Positions 37,462 to 48,315 are shown, counted from the first letter of the stretch. The stretch is DNA of 64,000 nucleotides from Candidatus Latescibacterota bacterium (GCA_965203175.1 OZ241867.1:352001-416000); one strand, 5' to 3'. Notes: generated by a model not told the origin, from the letters alone. Translations and numbers: made by a program.

Positions 37462-38922
37462 TCAACGCCATTCATAAAGCGACTTCCGCGCTAGTCGGTA
37501 CTCATCGGCAGGCCGGTCAATCGCCGTCGCCCCGCCCGAGGCCACCTCGATTAGACGACCGCACACCGGCTCGTAAGCCGCTCTAGGTGCCACCGCGCCT
37601 TTGGCCACCAAGATGCGCTGGTGCTCGGGCTGAATCCCCGCGCAGGTAATCTGGTGGATGCTGTTGGGACAGGACCGCTCGCTGTTGAGCAAGAGCAATC
37701 CTTTGCTACCGGCTTGTTCGACTTGTACAACCGCGGTCGGCCCCTGATTGAAATAGCGGCCTCCACCGTGCCGACGCTCGCGCTCTTCGTACGAGCCATC
37801 GTGTAGCGTCCGCACCCGACCGGCGATTTCCAAAGTTGGCCCGTGCATGTCGTCGGTCTTGCCGCCCACGCGGAGCTGAACTTGCCCGCCGACGCCAGCG
37901 GCAAAACACGCCTGCGCGCTTTCGATATCCCAGACCGATACCACCCATCCGTCCGCCCCCTGCGCGAGCAATTGCTCCAACACAAACGTCGAGTCGCCTG
38001 ACGAGCCGCCGCCGATGTTGTCGCCCATGTCGAGCAGGCACACGGGCGTCTCCTCGCTCGCCAACGCTAACCGCACGGCCTCGGCTGGACCGGGCACCGA
38101 GTGCTTTAGCTGGTCGCGGCTGGCCCACATCTGCTCGCCCAACCGCTCAGCCTCGCGCCTCGCCCTTTCTTCGTCCCCATCGGCAATCACCACAATCGCC
38201 GGCCCCATATAGGGCACGTCCGCGTATTGGTAGCCTCCGGCGATGCTGCACCCGAGGATCCCCGCCTGAGACTCCAACTCAATCACCGCCTGCATCAGCG
38301 GCTGCATGGGCGCGACGCTCGTGTTGTGGAAGTAGATGTTGAAGAGCACTTCCGGCTTGACCAGCGCCATCTCGGGCTGGATCTCACCGCGAATCTGCCG
38401 CGTCAAAATAGACGCGGCCTGCAAGCCTCGTTCCCGCTGGTCAATGTGGGGATTGGTCTTGTAGATGATCAAGGAATCGGCTGCGTCCACCAGCTCCGGG
38501 GGCACGTTGGCGTGGTAGTCGTGGGTCACGGCGATGGGCAAGTCGCCCACCAGCGCGCGCACCCGGCGCACGGTCTCGCCGTCGGCTTGGGGGAACTCTT
38601 CGGCGACCATGGCCCCGTGCAGTGCCAACAGCACCCCGTCGAGCTTGGGGGCCGCCTCAAGCCCGCTGAGGATGCGCCCGACAAAGTGCTCGTATGTGTC
38701 CAGAGTCACCGGACCGCCCGGCATCGCCGACGTCGCCAAGAGCGGATAGAGTTCATAGCTAAACTCCTCGGCCCCGGCGACATAGCCAGCAATCTCGTGG
38801 AAGGTTCCCGCGTACTGGTCGATCACGTCTGTACCTTCGCAGACCCCGAAATCCTCCAACTGCGTCGGCTGCGAATAGAACGAATTCGACTCGTGGGAAA
38901 AACTCGCTGTTGCAATGCGCAT
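37462..38922 (-). CDS. M81-family (MlrC-like) metallopeptidase
   Basis: HESNSF, LALHGAMV, DYHAN, YKTNPHID, DMGDNIGGGSSGD. Confidence 0.9.
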   Translation of the reverse strand: MRIATASFSHESNSFYSQPTQLEDFGVCEGTDVIDQYAGTFHEIAGYVAGAEEFSYELYPLLATSAMPGGPVTLDTYEHFVGRILSGLEAAPKLDGVLLALHGAMVAEEFPQADGETVRRVRALVGDLPIAVTHDYHANVPPELVDAADSLIIYKTNPHIDQRERGLQAASILTRQIRGEIQPEMALVKPEVLFNIYFHNTSVAPMQPLMQAVIELESQAGILGCSIAGGYQYADVPYMGPAIVVIADGDEERARREAERLGEQMWASRDQLKHSVPGPAEAVRLALASEETPVCLLDMGDNIGGGSSGDSTFVLEQLLAQGADGWVVSVWDIESAQACFAAGVGGQVQLRVGGKTDDMHGPTLEIAGRVRTLHDGSYEERERRHGGGRYFNQGPTAVVQVEQAGSKGLLLLNSERSCPNSIHQITCAGIQPEHQRILVAKGAVAPRAAYEPVCGRLIEVASGGATAIDRPADEYRLARKSLYEWR

Positions 38923-39002
38923 TCGGTATCACCTTTCTAGCGAACAGATCGCTTTGTTGCCTCGCTTGTCATGGAATATAATGCTATCTTTCCCAAACGC
39001 TT

Positions 39003-40064
39003 ATGAATCGTTGGCAAAAGATATTCACGTATAAAAAGACCAAGCGCCTGACGCAAATGGTCGCCTGCGGCGGCTGAGCTTCCAAGCTGCGCCCCGACCA
39101 GTTGCGGCGCGCCCTGGCAGGTCTGCCAGCAAACAGCGATCCCAACCTGCTCGTCGGCTTCAACCTCGCCGACGATGCCGGCGTCTATCGCCTCAACGAG
39201 CGCGAGGCCCTCGTGCAAACCGTCGATTTTTTCACCCCCATTGTCGACGATCCCTATACCTTCGGGGCCATTGCCGCGGCCAATTCGCTCAGCGACGTGT
39301 ACGCCATGGGTGGCAAGCCGCTTACCGCGCTCAACATCGCGGGTTTTCCCGCCAGCGATCTCGATCCCGAAGTGTTCAACGAGATTCTGCGCGGCGGCCA
39401 AGCCAAAGCGGCCGAAGCCGGCTGCACGCTCGTCGGCGGACACACTGTGCAAGACCCAGAGCTCAAGTACGGCCTCGCCGTCACCGGCCTCGTCCACCCC
39501 GACCGCATCTACACCAATGCTGGTGCCCAGCCCGGTGACCGCCTCATCCTCAGCAAAAAACTGGGCACCGGGCTGATCGCCAACGCCTTCAAGGCCGGTC
39601 ACCTCACCGAAACCGACCTCGCCGAGGCCGTGGAATCCATGCTCGCGCTCAACAAGGCAGGTGCCGAAATCCTGCCGGACTTCGCCGTCCATGCCTGCAC
39701 TGATATCACCGGCTTCGGCCTTTTGGGGCACGCCGCAGAAATGGCCGAGGGCAGCCAAGTGGGGATAATTTTTTACGCAGCCCAAGTTCCAGCTTTAGCA
39801 CACAGCCTAGCACTAGCCGCCAAGGGCCTCGAAGGCGGCTCCCGCGACAACCAGCTTTTCTTGGAATCCAAAGTCACCGTCGCCGACGGCGTCGATTCAG
39901 CCCGCGCCAATCTCCTCTTCGACGCCCAGACCTCCGGCGGCCTGCTCATCGCCGTGGCCGCAACCGAGGCCGAGGCCCTCCTCCACGCCCTCCAACTAGA
40001 CGCCGCCGCGCTCGTCGGCGAGGTAACCAAAGAAAACCCCGGCCGCATCCTCGTCGAGCCGTAA
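39003..40064 (+). CDS. selD: Selenide, water dikinase, itself a selenoprotein
   Basis: KRLTQMVACGG[TGA 39075]ASKL in frame with DDAGVY..TVDFFTPIVDDP..GGHT..TDITGFGLLGH..DAQTSGGLL; TATAAT at 38978; exact start codon uncertain. Confidence 0.93.
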
Positions 40065-40072
40065 CCGCACCT

Positions 40073-41167
40073 GTGCCAAACCATCACCCGCGCATCCTCT
40101 TCCTCGCCCGCCGCTACCCACCCACCATCGGCGGCATCCAAACCCACTGTCACGCGCTCTATACCCGGCTGGTCAACCAGGCCCAAGTCCACCTCGTCGC
40201 GCTGGGCCGCCAATCGCTTTTGCACCTGACTTGGTTCCTCCCCTATTGCTTTGTGGTCGCCTTGTGGGCCGTGCTCTTTCGCCGCGTCGATGCCGTGTAC
40301 TTCGCCGACGGAGTCGCCGCGGTGCTGGCTCCGCTCTTGCGCCCTTTGGGTCCAGCGCGCTTCATCACCACCGTCTACGGCCTCGAAATGACCTACAAAA
40401 ATCCCCTCGCACGCGCGCTGATGCACTGGGGAGTCCGCGCCTGCGACAAGGTCGTCGTCATCAGCGAAAACAGCCACCGCATTACCGCGGCAAGCGGCGT
40501 TCCAGACACCAAGTTGGAGATCATCTACTTAGGAGTCGAACCGCTGGAGTTGACACCAGACGAGTTGGCAGCGGTCCGAGCGCGCTTTGCGGAAGAACAC
40601 GGGCTGCGCTTTGGCCAAGACCGCATCCTGCTGCTTTTCGGCCGCCAGGTCCCCCGCAAGGGCATGGTCGAATTTCTGGAAAAGGGAATGCCCCTGCTCG
40701 ACGCGGATATTCGCCTCCTGATCTGCGGTCCCCTCGGCAGCGCAACCGCGCGCTTGCAGGCGCTCCGTTGCGAACAGAGCTTAGAGGACCGCGTCGTCCT
40801 GCTCGGGCCAGTCCCCGACGATGTGCTGGCCATGCTGCGCACCAGTTGCGATCTTTTCCTAATGCCCAACATTCACATACCCGGCGATGTCGAAGGCTTC
40901 GGCCAAACTCAACTCGAATGTATGTACGCCGGCACCCCGGCCGTGGCCTTTGCCGTCGATGCCCTTACCGAGAGCGTGCGCGAAGGCGGATTCCTCGTTG
41001 ACCCAGAGGACTACCCAGCCTTCGTCGAACAAATTCACCGCTTCTTCGCCCTCAGTCCAACGGAACGCGCCGATCTAGGCCGCCAGTGCCGCGCCTACGT
41101 CCAGCGCGAATACGCTCAAAAAAAAATCGCCAGCCAATACATGGACCTTTTTACTGGAAAGGCCTAA
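40073..41167 (+). CDS. GT4-family glycosyltransferase
   Basis: YPPTIGGIQ; GRQVPRKG; GDVEGFG..LE. Confidence 0.9.
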   Translation: MPNHHPRILFLARRYPPTIGGIQTHCHALYTRLVNQAQVHLVALGRQSLLHLTWFLPYCFVVALWAVLFRRVDAVYFADGVAAVLAPLLRPLGPARFITTVYGLEMTYKNPLARALMHWGVRACDKVVVISENSHRITAASGVPDTKLEIIYLGVEPLELTPDELAAVRARFAEEHGLRFGQDRILLLFGRQVPRKGMVEFLEKGMPLLDADIRLLICGPLGSATARLQALRCEQSLEDRVVLLGPVPDDVLAMLRTSCDLFLMPNIHIPGDVEGFGQTQLECMYAGTPAVAFAVDALTESVREGGFLVDPEDYPAFVEQIHRFFALSPTERADLGRQCRAYVQREYAQKKIASQYMDLFTGKA

Positions 41168-41172
41168 ACGCC

Positions 41173-42222
41173 ATGCACTTTACCGAACTCGACACCCCCG
41201 CCCTCTGCGTCGATCTCGACGTACTAGAAAAGAACATCCGCGACTTGCAAAACGCCTGCGACCAGCTCGAAATCGGCCTGCGCGTCCATACCAAAACCCA
41301 CAAGACACCGGCCATTGCGCGCCTGCAAATCGCCGCAGGAGCCATTGGCATCGTCAGCCAGAAGTTAGGCGAGGCCGAGGCCATGGCTGACGGAGGCATC
41401 CAAGACATCCTGATTCCCTACAACATCGTCGGCCAGCCCAAGCTAGCCCGTCTGACGCGCCTGATTCAAAGCGGCAAGAGCACCCTAACGGTCGCCTCCG
41501 ATTCCAAGACCACCGTTGACGGACTCTCGCAAGCTGCCACGGCCGCTGGTTGCCGCATCCGCGTGATCGTCGAAATGGACACCGGCGGCGGCCGCGTCGG
41601 CACCCAATCGCCCGCCGACACCCTCGCGCTGGCTCAGCACATCGACCAGCTACCGGGGCTGGACTTCACCGGCGTGATGACCTATCCCAGCAGCGAGCGC
41701 GCCCGTCCCTTCCTCGACGAAGTGCGCGAAGGAGCGCACAAGAGCGGCCTACCGCTGCACATCATCAGCGGCGGCGGCACTGGCAGCGAAACCATCTCCA
41801 AATCCCTCGGCTGCACCGAGACCCGCATCGGCTCGTACGCCTATGAGGGCATGACCCGCGTGGGCAAGCGCGAAGACCTCGACCCTACCCGTTGTCCGTT
41901 GCGCTTGGTCGTCACCGTGGTCAGCACCTCCCGGCCGGGGCAAGCGATCGTCGATGCCGGCCAGAAGGCCTTCACCAGCTACCCGCCGACCCCTTATGGC
42001 TACTGCATCGAACAGCCTGAGCTTTTTCTTAAAGGCATGTCCGTCGAACACGGCCACGTCGATACCACTGCCGCAGACCGTCCAGTCAACGTCGGCGATA
42101 TCCTCTCTTTCATCCCCCTGCACGGCGGAATGACCACCAACCTCCACGATCGCCTCTTCGCCCTCCGCAACGGCGAGGTCGTCGAAGAATGGGCAGTCGC
42201 CGGCCGCGGCCGCGCCCAGTAG
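41173..42222 (+). CDS. Fold-type III PLP enzyme (D-threonine aldolase/D-serine dehydratase-like)
   Basis: LDTPALCVDL, RVHTKTHK, SGGGT, DAGQK, SVEHG. Confidence 0.88.
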   Translation: MHFTELDTPALCVDLDVLEKNIRDLQNACDQLEIGLRVHTKTHKTPAIARLQIAAGAIGIVSQKLGEAEAMADGGIQDILIPYNIVGQPKLARLTRLIQSGKSTLTVASDSKTTVDGLSQAATAAGCRIRVIVEMDTGGGRVGTQSPADTLALAQHIDQLPGLDFTGVMTYPSSERARPFLDEVREGAHKSGLPLHIISGGGTGSETISKSLGCTETRIGSYAYEGMTRVGKREDLDPTRCPLRLVVTVVSTSRPGQAIVDAGQKAFTSYPPTPYGYCIEQPELFLKGMSVEHGHVDTTAADRPVNVGDILSFIPLHGGMTTNLHDRLFALRNGEVVEEWAVAGRGRAQ

Positions 42223-42260
42223 AGCCGACATATCCCCCTTTTCCACTCCAGAAGGACGCC

Positions 42261-43139
42261 ATGGAAATCCAACCCCAACCGCAGATATTCGACGTCGATG
42301 AGCAAAACTTTGAAGAGCTGGTCCTCCAAGGCTCGCAGGAACGCGTCATCGTCGTCGATTTTTGGGCCCCTTGGTGCGGCCCTTGCAAGACCTTAGGTCC
42401 GATCCTCGAAGACGTCGTCGCGGCGCTCGGCCCCGGCGTGGCCCTAGCCAAGGTCAACGTCGATGAAAACCAGCGGCTCGCCATGGCCTTTCGGGTCCAA
42501 GGCATCCCCGCGGTCAAAATCGTCAAGAACGGCCAGCTAGCCCAGGAATTCACCGGCGCGCTGCCCAGAGAGCAAATCGAAGCCATTCTCCGTCCTTTGG
42601 TCGCCGATGCCCCCATCCCCGAAGAAGCCCAAGTGATTGACCAAGCTGACGACTTAGCGGCTACCGGCGATCTCGACGAGGCCGCGCGCCAGTACGAGCA
42701 GGCGCTTGAGGAAAATCCCACCGACGGCCCCGCCCTCCTCGGCCTGGCGAAGATCCACCTGCAGCAGGGCCGCTTTGAGACCGTGCAAGAGCTGGTCAAT
42801 CTCGTCGAATCGGACGCCCCCGAATACCCACAGGCCCAAGCACTGCTCACCCAGATCGAGTTTGCCCACCAGTGCCAGCAGGCTGGGGGACGCGCCGCCT
42901 GCGCCCAGCGAGTACTCAGTCAGCCAGACGACCAAGAAGCCCGCTACTTACTCGCCTGTTGTGCAGCCTCCGAGAGTGACTACGAAACCGCGTTGCAGGA
43001 ATGGCTACACATCGTGGGGAAAAAAGCGAACGGCGACCAAGCCGCCAAGGACGCCATGGTCGCCGTCTTCCACCTACTCGGCCGCGACAATCCGCTGGTG
43101 GCCGACTACCAGCGCAAACTCTACCAAGCCCTGTACTGA
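42261..43139 (+). CDS. Thioredoxin-TPR co-chaperone (YbbN/CnoX-like)
   Basis: VDFWAPWCGPCK then TPR helices ending YQRKLYQALY. Confidence 0.9.
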   Translation: MEIQPQPQIFDVDEQNFEELVLQGSQERVIVVDFWAPWCGPCKTLGPILEDVVAALGPGVALAKVNVDENQRLAMAFRVQGIPAVKIVKNGQLAQEFTGALPREQIEAILRPLVADAPIPEEAQVIDQADDLAATGDLDEAARQYEQALEENPTDGPALLGLAKIHLQQGRFETVQELVNLVESDAPEYPQAQALLTQIEFAHQCQQAGGRAACAQRVLSQPDDQEARYLLACCAASESDYETALQEWLHIVGKKANGDQAAKDAMVAVFHLLGRDNPLVADYQRKLYQALY

Positions 43140-43146
43140 GCACGCC

Positions 43147-44202
43147 GTGCAGATTACCCGCCTCGAACGCACCGTCTGTTGCGTGCCCTTCCTCCCGGGC
43201 ATCCTACCCCCGCCCGAGTACGACGAGCCCTCGCCCGGCTATCCCGAGCCGCTCTCGGCCCGACGCCAAGACATCCTCAGGATCCACACCGACCAAGGAC
43301 TGACCGGCCTCGGCATGAGCGGACCGTACTACGGCGACCGCACAGAACAACCACCCGACCTGATCGGCAAAGACCCCAACACCTTTGAGCCACGCGCCTT
43401 GCGCGGCGGTGGCTGGGACATCGCCCTCCTCGATCTGATCGGCAAAATGATCGGCTGGCCGCTGTGCCGCATTTTCGGCGGCAAGCTGCAGGACAAGGTG
43501 CTGGTTGACTACTGGATCAGTCGGATGAGCGCCGCGGATACCGCCCGCGCGGCCCAACGCGCCGCCGAGCTGGGTTTCCACGGCATCAAGATGAAGTGCA
43601 AGTGGGAAGATGCCAACATGGAGGACCGAGTCCGCGCCGCCCTCGAAGTCGCGCCGCACCTGCGAGTAGTCCTAGACCCCAACGAGCGCTTCTACAATCT
43701 CGAAAACGCCCTCGACCTAGCCCGCCGCCTCGACGGACTCGACGTGGTCTTTGAAGATCCCTTCCCCAAAACCGATCTCAACGAATATCGCCGCCTCAAG
43801 GAAGAGACCAGCGTCCTCGTCGCCCCGCACTTCCAAAACCCCCGCCAGATCATCGACGCAGTGCATCTCGAAGCGGTTGACGCCTTCAACGTCGCGCCCT
43901 CGGATTGGGATTTTCTCGACATGGCGCGCATCGCCGCAAGCGCGGACATCCCCGTGTGGCAAGCCTCCAATGTCGATCTGGGGATTTTCGACGCCTTCCG
44001 CCTCCACGCCTCGGCCGCCGCGCCCAACTGCACCTTTGGCTCAGACCTCTGCGGCAACTTCGCGCACGAGCACAGCCTGCTCAAAGAGCCACTGGTCCAA
44101 GACGGCTACGCCATCGTGCCCACCGGCCCAGGTTTGGGCGTGGAATTGGACGAGAACGCCGTCGCCCGCTACGCAGTCTCCGCGCAGCAGTGGCCCGGCT
44201 AG
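43147..44202 (+). CDS. Mandelate racemase/muconate lactonizing enzyme family protein
   Basis: IALLDLIGK..PL..FGG, KMK, DPN, EDP, VPTGPGLGVELD; GTG start after upstream stop. Confidence 0.9.
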   Translation: MQITRLERTVCCVPFLPGILPPPEYDEPSPGYPEPLSARRQDILRIHTDQGLTGLGMSGPYYGDRTEQPPDLIGKDPNTFEPRALRGGGWDIALLDLIGKMIGWPLCRIFGGKLQDKVLVDYWISRMSAADTARAAQRAAELGFHGIKMKCKWEDANMEDRVRAALEVAPHLRVVLDPNERFYNLENALDLARRLDGLDVVFEDPFPKTDLNEYRRLKEETSVLVAPHFQNPRQIIDAVHLEAVDAFNVAPSDWDFLDMARIAASADIPVWQASNVDLGIFDAFRLHASAAAPNCTFGSDLCGNFAHEHSLLKEPLVQDGYAIVPTGPGLGVELDENAVARYAVSAQQWPG

Positions 44203-44240
44203 GCCGGGATCAGCGCCTCTGCGCCAAAGATCATCGGATA
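43945..44240 (+). repeat. 296-bp direct repeat, copy 1
   Basis: Matches 48083-48315 plus 49611-49673. Confidence 0.92.
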
Positions 44241-44505
44241 ATAAACCTTTAATATCAGAGAATTGGGAGCAAGGAACTCATTCGGCAGGGCTACTATGCG
44301 CTTGATACGTTTGACAGGTTTCAGTATGTGAAGTAAGGTATCAATCTCTTCGCATTCTCCTGACTAATTGCTAAAAAATGCAGAAGATGAAGGGGTGCGA
44401 AAAAATAATCAGGCAAATCTCGCTCCGGTACCCTTAGCCTAGATATGTTTCGTTTCTGCTAGCGTAAAGGAGATAAGACAGATTTGTCGTTTAATAAAAT
44501 TCTTA

Positions 44506-45436
44506 GAAGCCGTCTGAAAACTATATTTTTCCCTTGATCCGTTTGAGTATCAAGTGGATCATGGCAATCTGAATCAAGGCTTCACTATGGCGGGTCAACA
44601 CCTCATAATATCTCGCATGACGACGAAAATTCATCAACCACGCAAACGTACGCTCAACGACCCAACGCCGTTTGAGTACGGTAAATCCACCGCCTTGTTT
44701 GGCGACGACTTCCAAGTCAATCTTGTGCGTCTTTTTTAGGTCGGCTACCCACGTTCGGATGGCCTGACCTTGGTAGCCGCCATCGACCCACAGTTTGCGC
44801 AAGCGGGGTACGTCGGGGGTACTATAGCGGGTCAACACCTGCTTGAGGCCGTCGCGATCATCGACATCGGCGGCGGTAACCACCACCTGTCTAAGCAAGC
44901 CCGAGGTATCAACCAACAGATGCCGTTTGCGGCCTTGAATCTTTTTACCGGCGTCATATCCGGTTGTTTTACCTTGGGTTGCCGTCTTAATCGTCTGACT
45001 GTCGATACAGCCTGCCGACGGCTGAGATACCCGGCCTTGTCGGCGACGCTCTCGTTGGGTGAGTTGATCCAACACCCGGGGCCAGACCCCTTGCAGACTC
45101 CAGCGACGAAAGGAATCATACACGGTTTTCCACGGCCCAAAACAACAAGGCAACAAAGCCCAAGGACACCCAGTCTTAGTCAAATACAAAAGGCCGTTGA
45201 CGATCTGGCGTCGATCCCGCGGGGGCCGACCCGGACCGTTCGGCCACCACCGCGAAGGCGGCAGCAACGGTTGAATCTGCTGCCATTGCGCATCGGTTAC
45301 ATCGGTAGCATATTGGCCATCAGGCGTACTCATCATGCAAGCCTTTCTATTCAGACTTTTGTAGCGAAACCTGAATATGGCCCGATGAGTACGCCGTTTC
45401 AAATGCAGACCACATCAAGGGTTTTCAGACGGCTTC
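44506..45436 (-). mobile_element. IS5-family (IS1031-like) insertion sequence
   Basis: 15-bp TIR GAAGCCGTCTGAAAA, 3-bp TTA target duplication. Confidence 0.92.
44521..45336 (-). CDS. IS5-family transposase
   Basis: YATDVTDAQW, TGCPW, IDSQTIK, GYDAGKKIQGRKRH, WVDGGY, RWVVERTFAW. Confidence 0.93.
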   Translation of the reverse strand: MMSTPDGQYATDVTDAQWQQIQPLLPPSRWWPNGPGRPPRDRRQIVNGLLYLTKTGCPWALLPCCFGPWKTVYDSFRRWSLQGVWPRVLDQLTQRERRRQGRVSQPSAGCIDSQTIKTATQGKTTGYDAGKKIQGRKRHLLVDTSGLLRQVVVTAADVDDRDGLKQVLTRYSTPDVPRLRKLWVDGGYQGQAIRTWVADLKKTHKIDLEVVAKQGGGFTVLKRRWVVERTFAWLMNFRRHARYYEVLTRHSEALIQIAMIHLILKRIKGKI

Positions 45437-45468
45437 TTATGCGGATACGTAACGAAACGGAATCGAGT

Positions 45469-48072
45469 ATGAAACACCAACTCCTCTTCGAAAAAATCGA
45501 TAATCGTATTGTTCGCGACAAGGAGGAGGGCGACTACGCCTATTTTCACGCGTTGACTTTGAAATTGGAGTACGTCACAAAACTCGTGACCGCGGGTGTA
45601 GTTGCTTGCATCGGTGATGACGCGGACCGGAATAGGTACTCACTTGAGCACAAACTTGTCCGCGCCAATTCAGTCGGCGACTGGGTAGCAAACCTCAACA
45701 GTGCGCTGGTAGGACCACCAGCAGGCTCCCTAGATTCCAACGCACGCAACCTAGCTCGTGATTTGACGGAGCGGGTCAATTCTACAGATTGGCGGTATCA
45801 TGCTGTAATCGCTTTGAACCAAGCCGCAGAAGAGATCGGCGCTGTGGAGAAGCTGGGCACAAAAGTTGCGCTTCGCCAGTTTTTCGATATCGGGACAAGG
45901 CTCCGGAATCGGAGTCGAGGTCATGGTGCTCCTACCAACGAACAATGCAGTAAGGCTTGTCCGTTCCTCGACAAGGCCCTGAAGGAGGTCGTGTATAAAC
46001 TCAAACTATTTCAGATTCCGTGGGTATATTTGCACCGGAATCTAAGTGGGAAGTACCGAGTATCTCCGCTTTGGGGTGATGCTTCGTGTTTCGAGTATCT
46101 CAAGAGCGAGCGCAATGTGCGCCTTCCTGATAATGGAGTTTTTCTTTATCTCGATCTCCCAGTGTATGTTCCCTTGGTCTTTAGCGATACCGATGTGCTC
46201 GATATCTCTCTTCCCAATGGAAACCACCGTGGTAATACCTTTGAGGCCCTTTCGTATGTTACTAATCAGACAAAGAACGTAGACGGATCGACATGGTCAG
46301 ACCCACCAGCGCGCCTTCCTCGTAGCGAGACCGAGGGGGATACTATACTTGAACCACTGGGCAATACCTTTGCCAATTTGCCTCCCAAACCTAGCGGCTA
46401 CATTCTGCGGCGTGATCTCGAAAAGCGCCTAAAGGAAGAACTTCTGAAGACTGATAGGCATCCCATAGTTTCACTTACTGGTCCGGGGGGGATCGGCAAG
46501 ACGACCATCGCCATCGCGTCAATCGAAGATATCGCTCAACTCAAGCCAGTGCCTTATCAAGTGGTTTTGTGGATCAGTGCTCGAGATATTGACTTGCTTG
46601 AGTCAGGTCCGAAGTCTGTTTCACCTCGAGTGATTACCCAGCAGGACATCTCGCGCGCCGCCGTTGAATTACTTGAACCCGCGGATAAGTCATCGAACGA
46701 TTTTGACCCAGATACCTATTTCCAGAAATGTCTTGCTGAAGGTGCGGCTGGCACGACACTATTTGTGCTTGACAATTTTGAGACAGTGAAGAGCCCGGCG
46801 GATGTCTTCAGTTGGATTGACACCTATGTCAGGCCCCCAAACAAAGTCCTAATTACAACGAGATTTCGTGACTTCGCTGGCGATTACCCAATCGAGATTG
46901 GGGGTATGACAGATGAAGAAGCCAGTAGTCTTATCGACCAACATGCAAGATTCCTTAAAATTGGATCTCTACTGAATCCAACTTACAAAAGTGAGCTGAT
47001 TCGCGAATCTGACGGCCATCCTTATGTCATGAAAGTCCTCTTAGGGCAGGTGGTAAAAGAGCAGCGTGCTGTCAAACCGCAACGTATTATGGCCAGTGCG
47101 GATCACCTGCTGAAGGCTCTATTTGAGAGGACATACGGTGCTCTTAGCCCGGCAGGACAGCGGGTTTTTTTGCTGCTTTGTAGTTGGAGGGTATTTGTCC
47201 CCGAGGTCGCTGTAGAGGCTGTGTCAATCCGTCCTAGGAGTGAGCGATTTGGGGTTACAGAAGCTCTGGAAGAACTACGTCGGTTTTCGCTTGTTGAGCA
47301 GATTGTTTCAAAAAAAGAAGATGAACTCTTTGTGGGAGTGCCGCTGGCGGCGGCAATGTACGGACAACAGAAACTGGAGACCAGTCCCTTTAAGAGCGTG
47401 GTCGGAGAAGATCGAAAGCTTCTGATGGAGTTCGGGGCTGGTAAGCGAGAGGATGTCCATAGGGGTGTCCTCCCACGAATCGAGCGCCTCGTTCAAACTG
47501 TGGCGGTACGAGCAAGTGCTAGCCCGACAACGTTAGAGGAGAACCTACCAGTATTGGAATACCTAGCGGCAAGAGTGCCAAAGGCATATCTACAACTCGC
47601 CGATTTGGTATTGGAAGCCAGTGAGTTGGCTGACTCCACAGAGCGTGCAAAAGGGTACATTCGGAGTTTCTTGGAGAACGCGGACGCTCCTGATCGACAG
47701 GAGGCATGGCTGAAGCTTGCAGACCTGTGTCAGGTGAGTCAGGACCTAGTAGGTGAAATTCACGCGCTCAGTGAGGCCGCGCTACTACCGACAACAGATC
47801 AGGAAGATCTCGGGCGGTTTGCGAATCGTCTAAACAATCGTATGCGAGACTTCAGAGGTGAACCAGAAGAAGTGCGGGGATTTCTTGAGCTGGTCATAAC
47901 GGCGATGGAAAGGCGTTTGAAAGATCTATCAGCCACGAATTGCTCTAGACTAGCTTGGCTTCACTTAAACGTTAAGAACCCGCAACGCGCGCTAGATGTG
48001 GCGAAGATTGGAATTAAGCTCGATTCGAGTAACGATCACTGCCAAAACCTGATCCGGATACTAGATACCTGA
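45469..48072 (+). CDS. STAND/NB-ARC ATPase with N-terminal HEPN-like motif and C-terminal TPR-like helices
   Basis: RNRSRGH; Walker A GPGGIGKTT; Walker B LFVLDNFE; LITTR; GHP; lower GC than flanks. The ORF track extension to 44770 is IS5 antisense. Confidence 0.85.
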   Translation: MKHQLLFEKIDNRIVRDKEEGDYAYFHALTLKLEYVTKLVTAGVVACIGDDADRNRYSLEHKLVRANSVGDWVANLNSALVGPPAGSLDSNARNLARDLTERVNSTDWRYHAVIALNQAAEEIGAVEKLGTKVALRQFFDIGTRLRNRSRGHGAPTNEQCSKACPFLDKALKEVVYKLKLFQIPWVYLHRNLSGKYRVSPLWGDASCFEYLKSERNVRLPDNGVFLYLDLPVYVPLVFSDTDVLDISLPNGNHRGNTFEALSYVTNQTKNVDGSTWSDPPARLPRSETEGDTILEPLGNTFANLPPKPSGYILRRDLEKRLKEELLKTDRHPIVSLTGPGGIGKTTIAIASIEDIAQLKPVPYQVVLWISARDIDLLESGPKSVSPRVITQQDISRAAVELLEPADKSSNDFDPDTYFQKCLAEGAAGTTLFVLDNFETVKSPADVFSWIDTYVRPPNKVLITTRFRDFAGDYPIEIGGMTDEEASSLIDQHARFLKIGSLLNPTYKSELIRESDGHPYVMKVLLGQVVKEQRAVKPQRIMASADHLLKALFERTYGALSPAGQRVFLLLCSWRVFVPEVAVEAVSIRPRSERFGVTEALEELRRFSLVEQIVSKKEDELFVGVPLAAAMYGQQKLETSPFKSVVGEDRKLLMEFGAGKREDVHRGVLPRIERLVQTVAVRASASPTTLEENLPVLEYLAARVPKAYLQLADLVLEASELADSTERAKGYIRSFLENADAPDRQEAWLKLADLCQVSQDLVGEIHALSEAALLPTTDQEDLGRFANRLNNRMRDFRGEPEEVRGFLELVITAMERRLKDLSATNCSRLAWLHLNVKNPQRALDVAKIGIKLDSSNDHCQNLIRILDT

Positions 48073-48315
48073 GCTAAGCAATGACATCCCCGTGTGGCAA
48101 GCCTCCAATGTCGATCTGGGAATTTTCGACGCCTTCCGCCTCCACGCCTCGGCCGCCGCGCCCAACTGCACCTTTGGCTCAGACCTCTGCGGCAACTTCG
48201 CGCACGAGCACAGCCTGCTCAAAGAGCCGCTGGTCCAAGACGGCTACGCAATCGTACCCACCGGCCCGGGTTTGGGCGTGGAATTGGACGAGGAGGCCGT
48301 CGCCCGCTATGCCCT

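Noticed and set aside
42706-43146. N-terminal extension of the 498-aa racemase ORF
   Set aside because: Overlaps the thioredoxin-TPR gene; the plausible start is GTG 43147.
44770-45468. N-terminal 233 aa of the 1100-aa ORF
   Set aside because: Mostly read-through across the antisense strand of IS5, not part of the ATPase.
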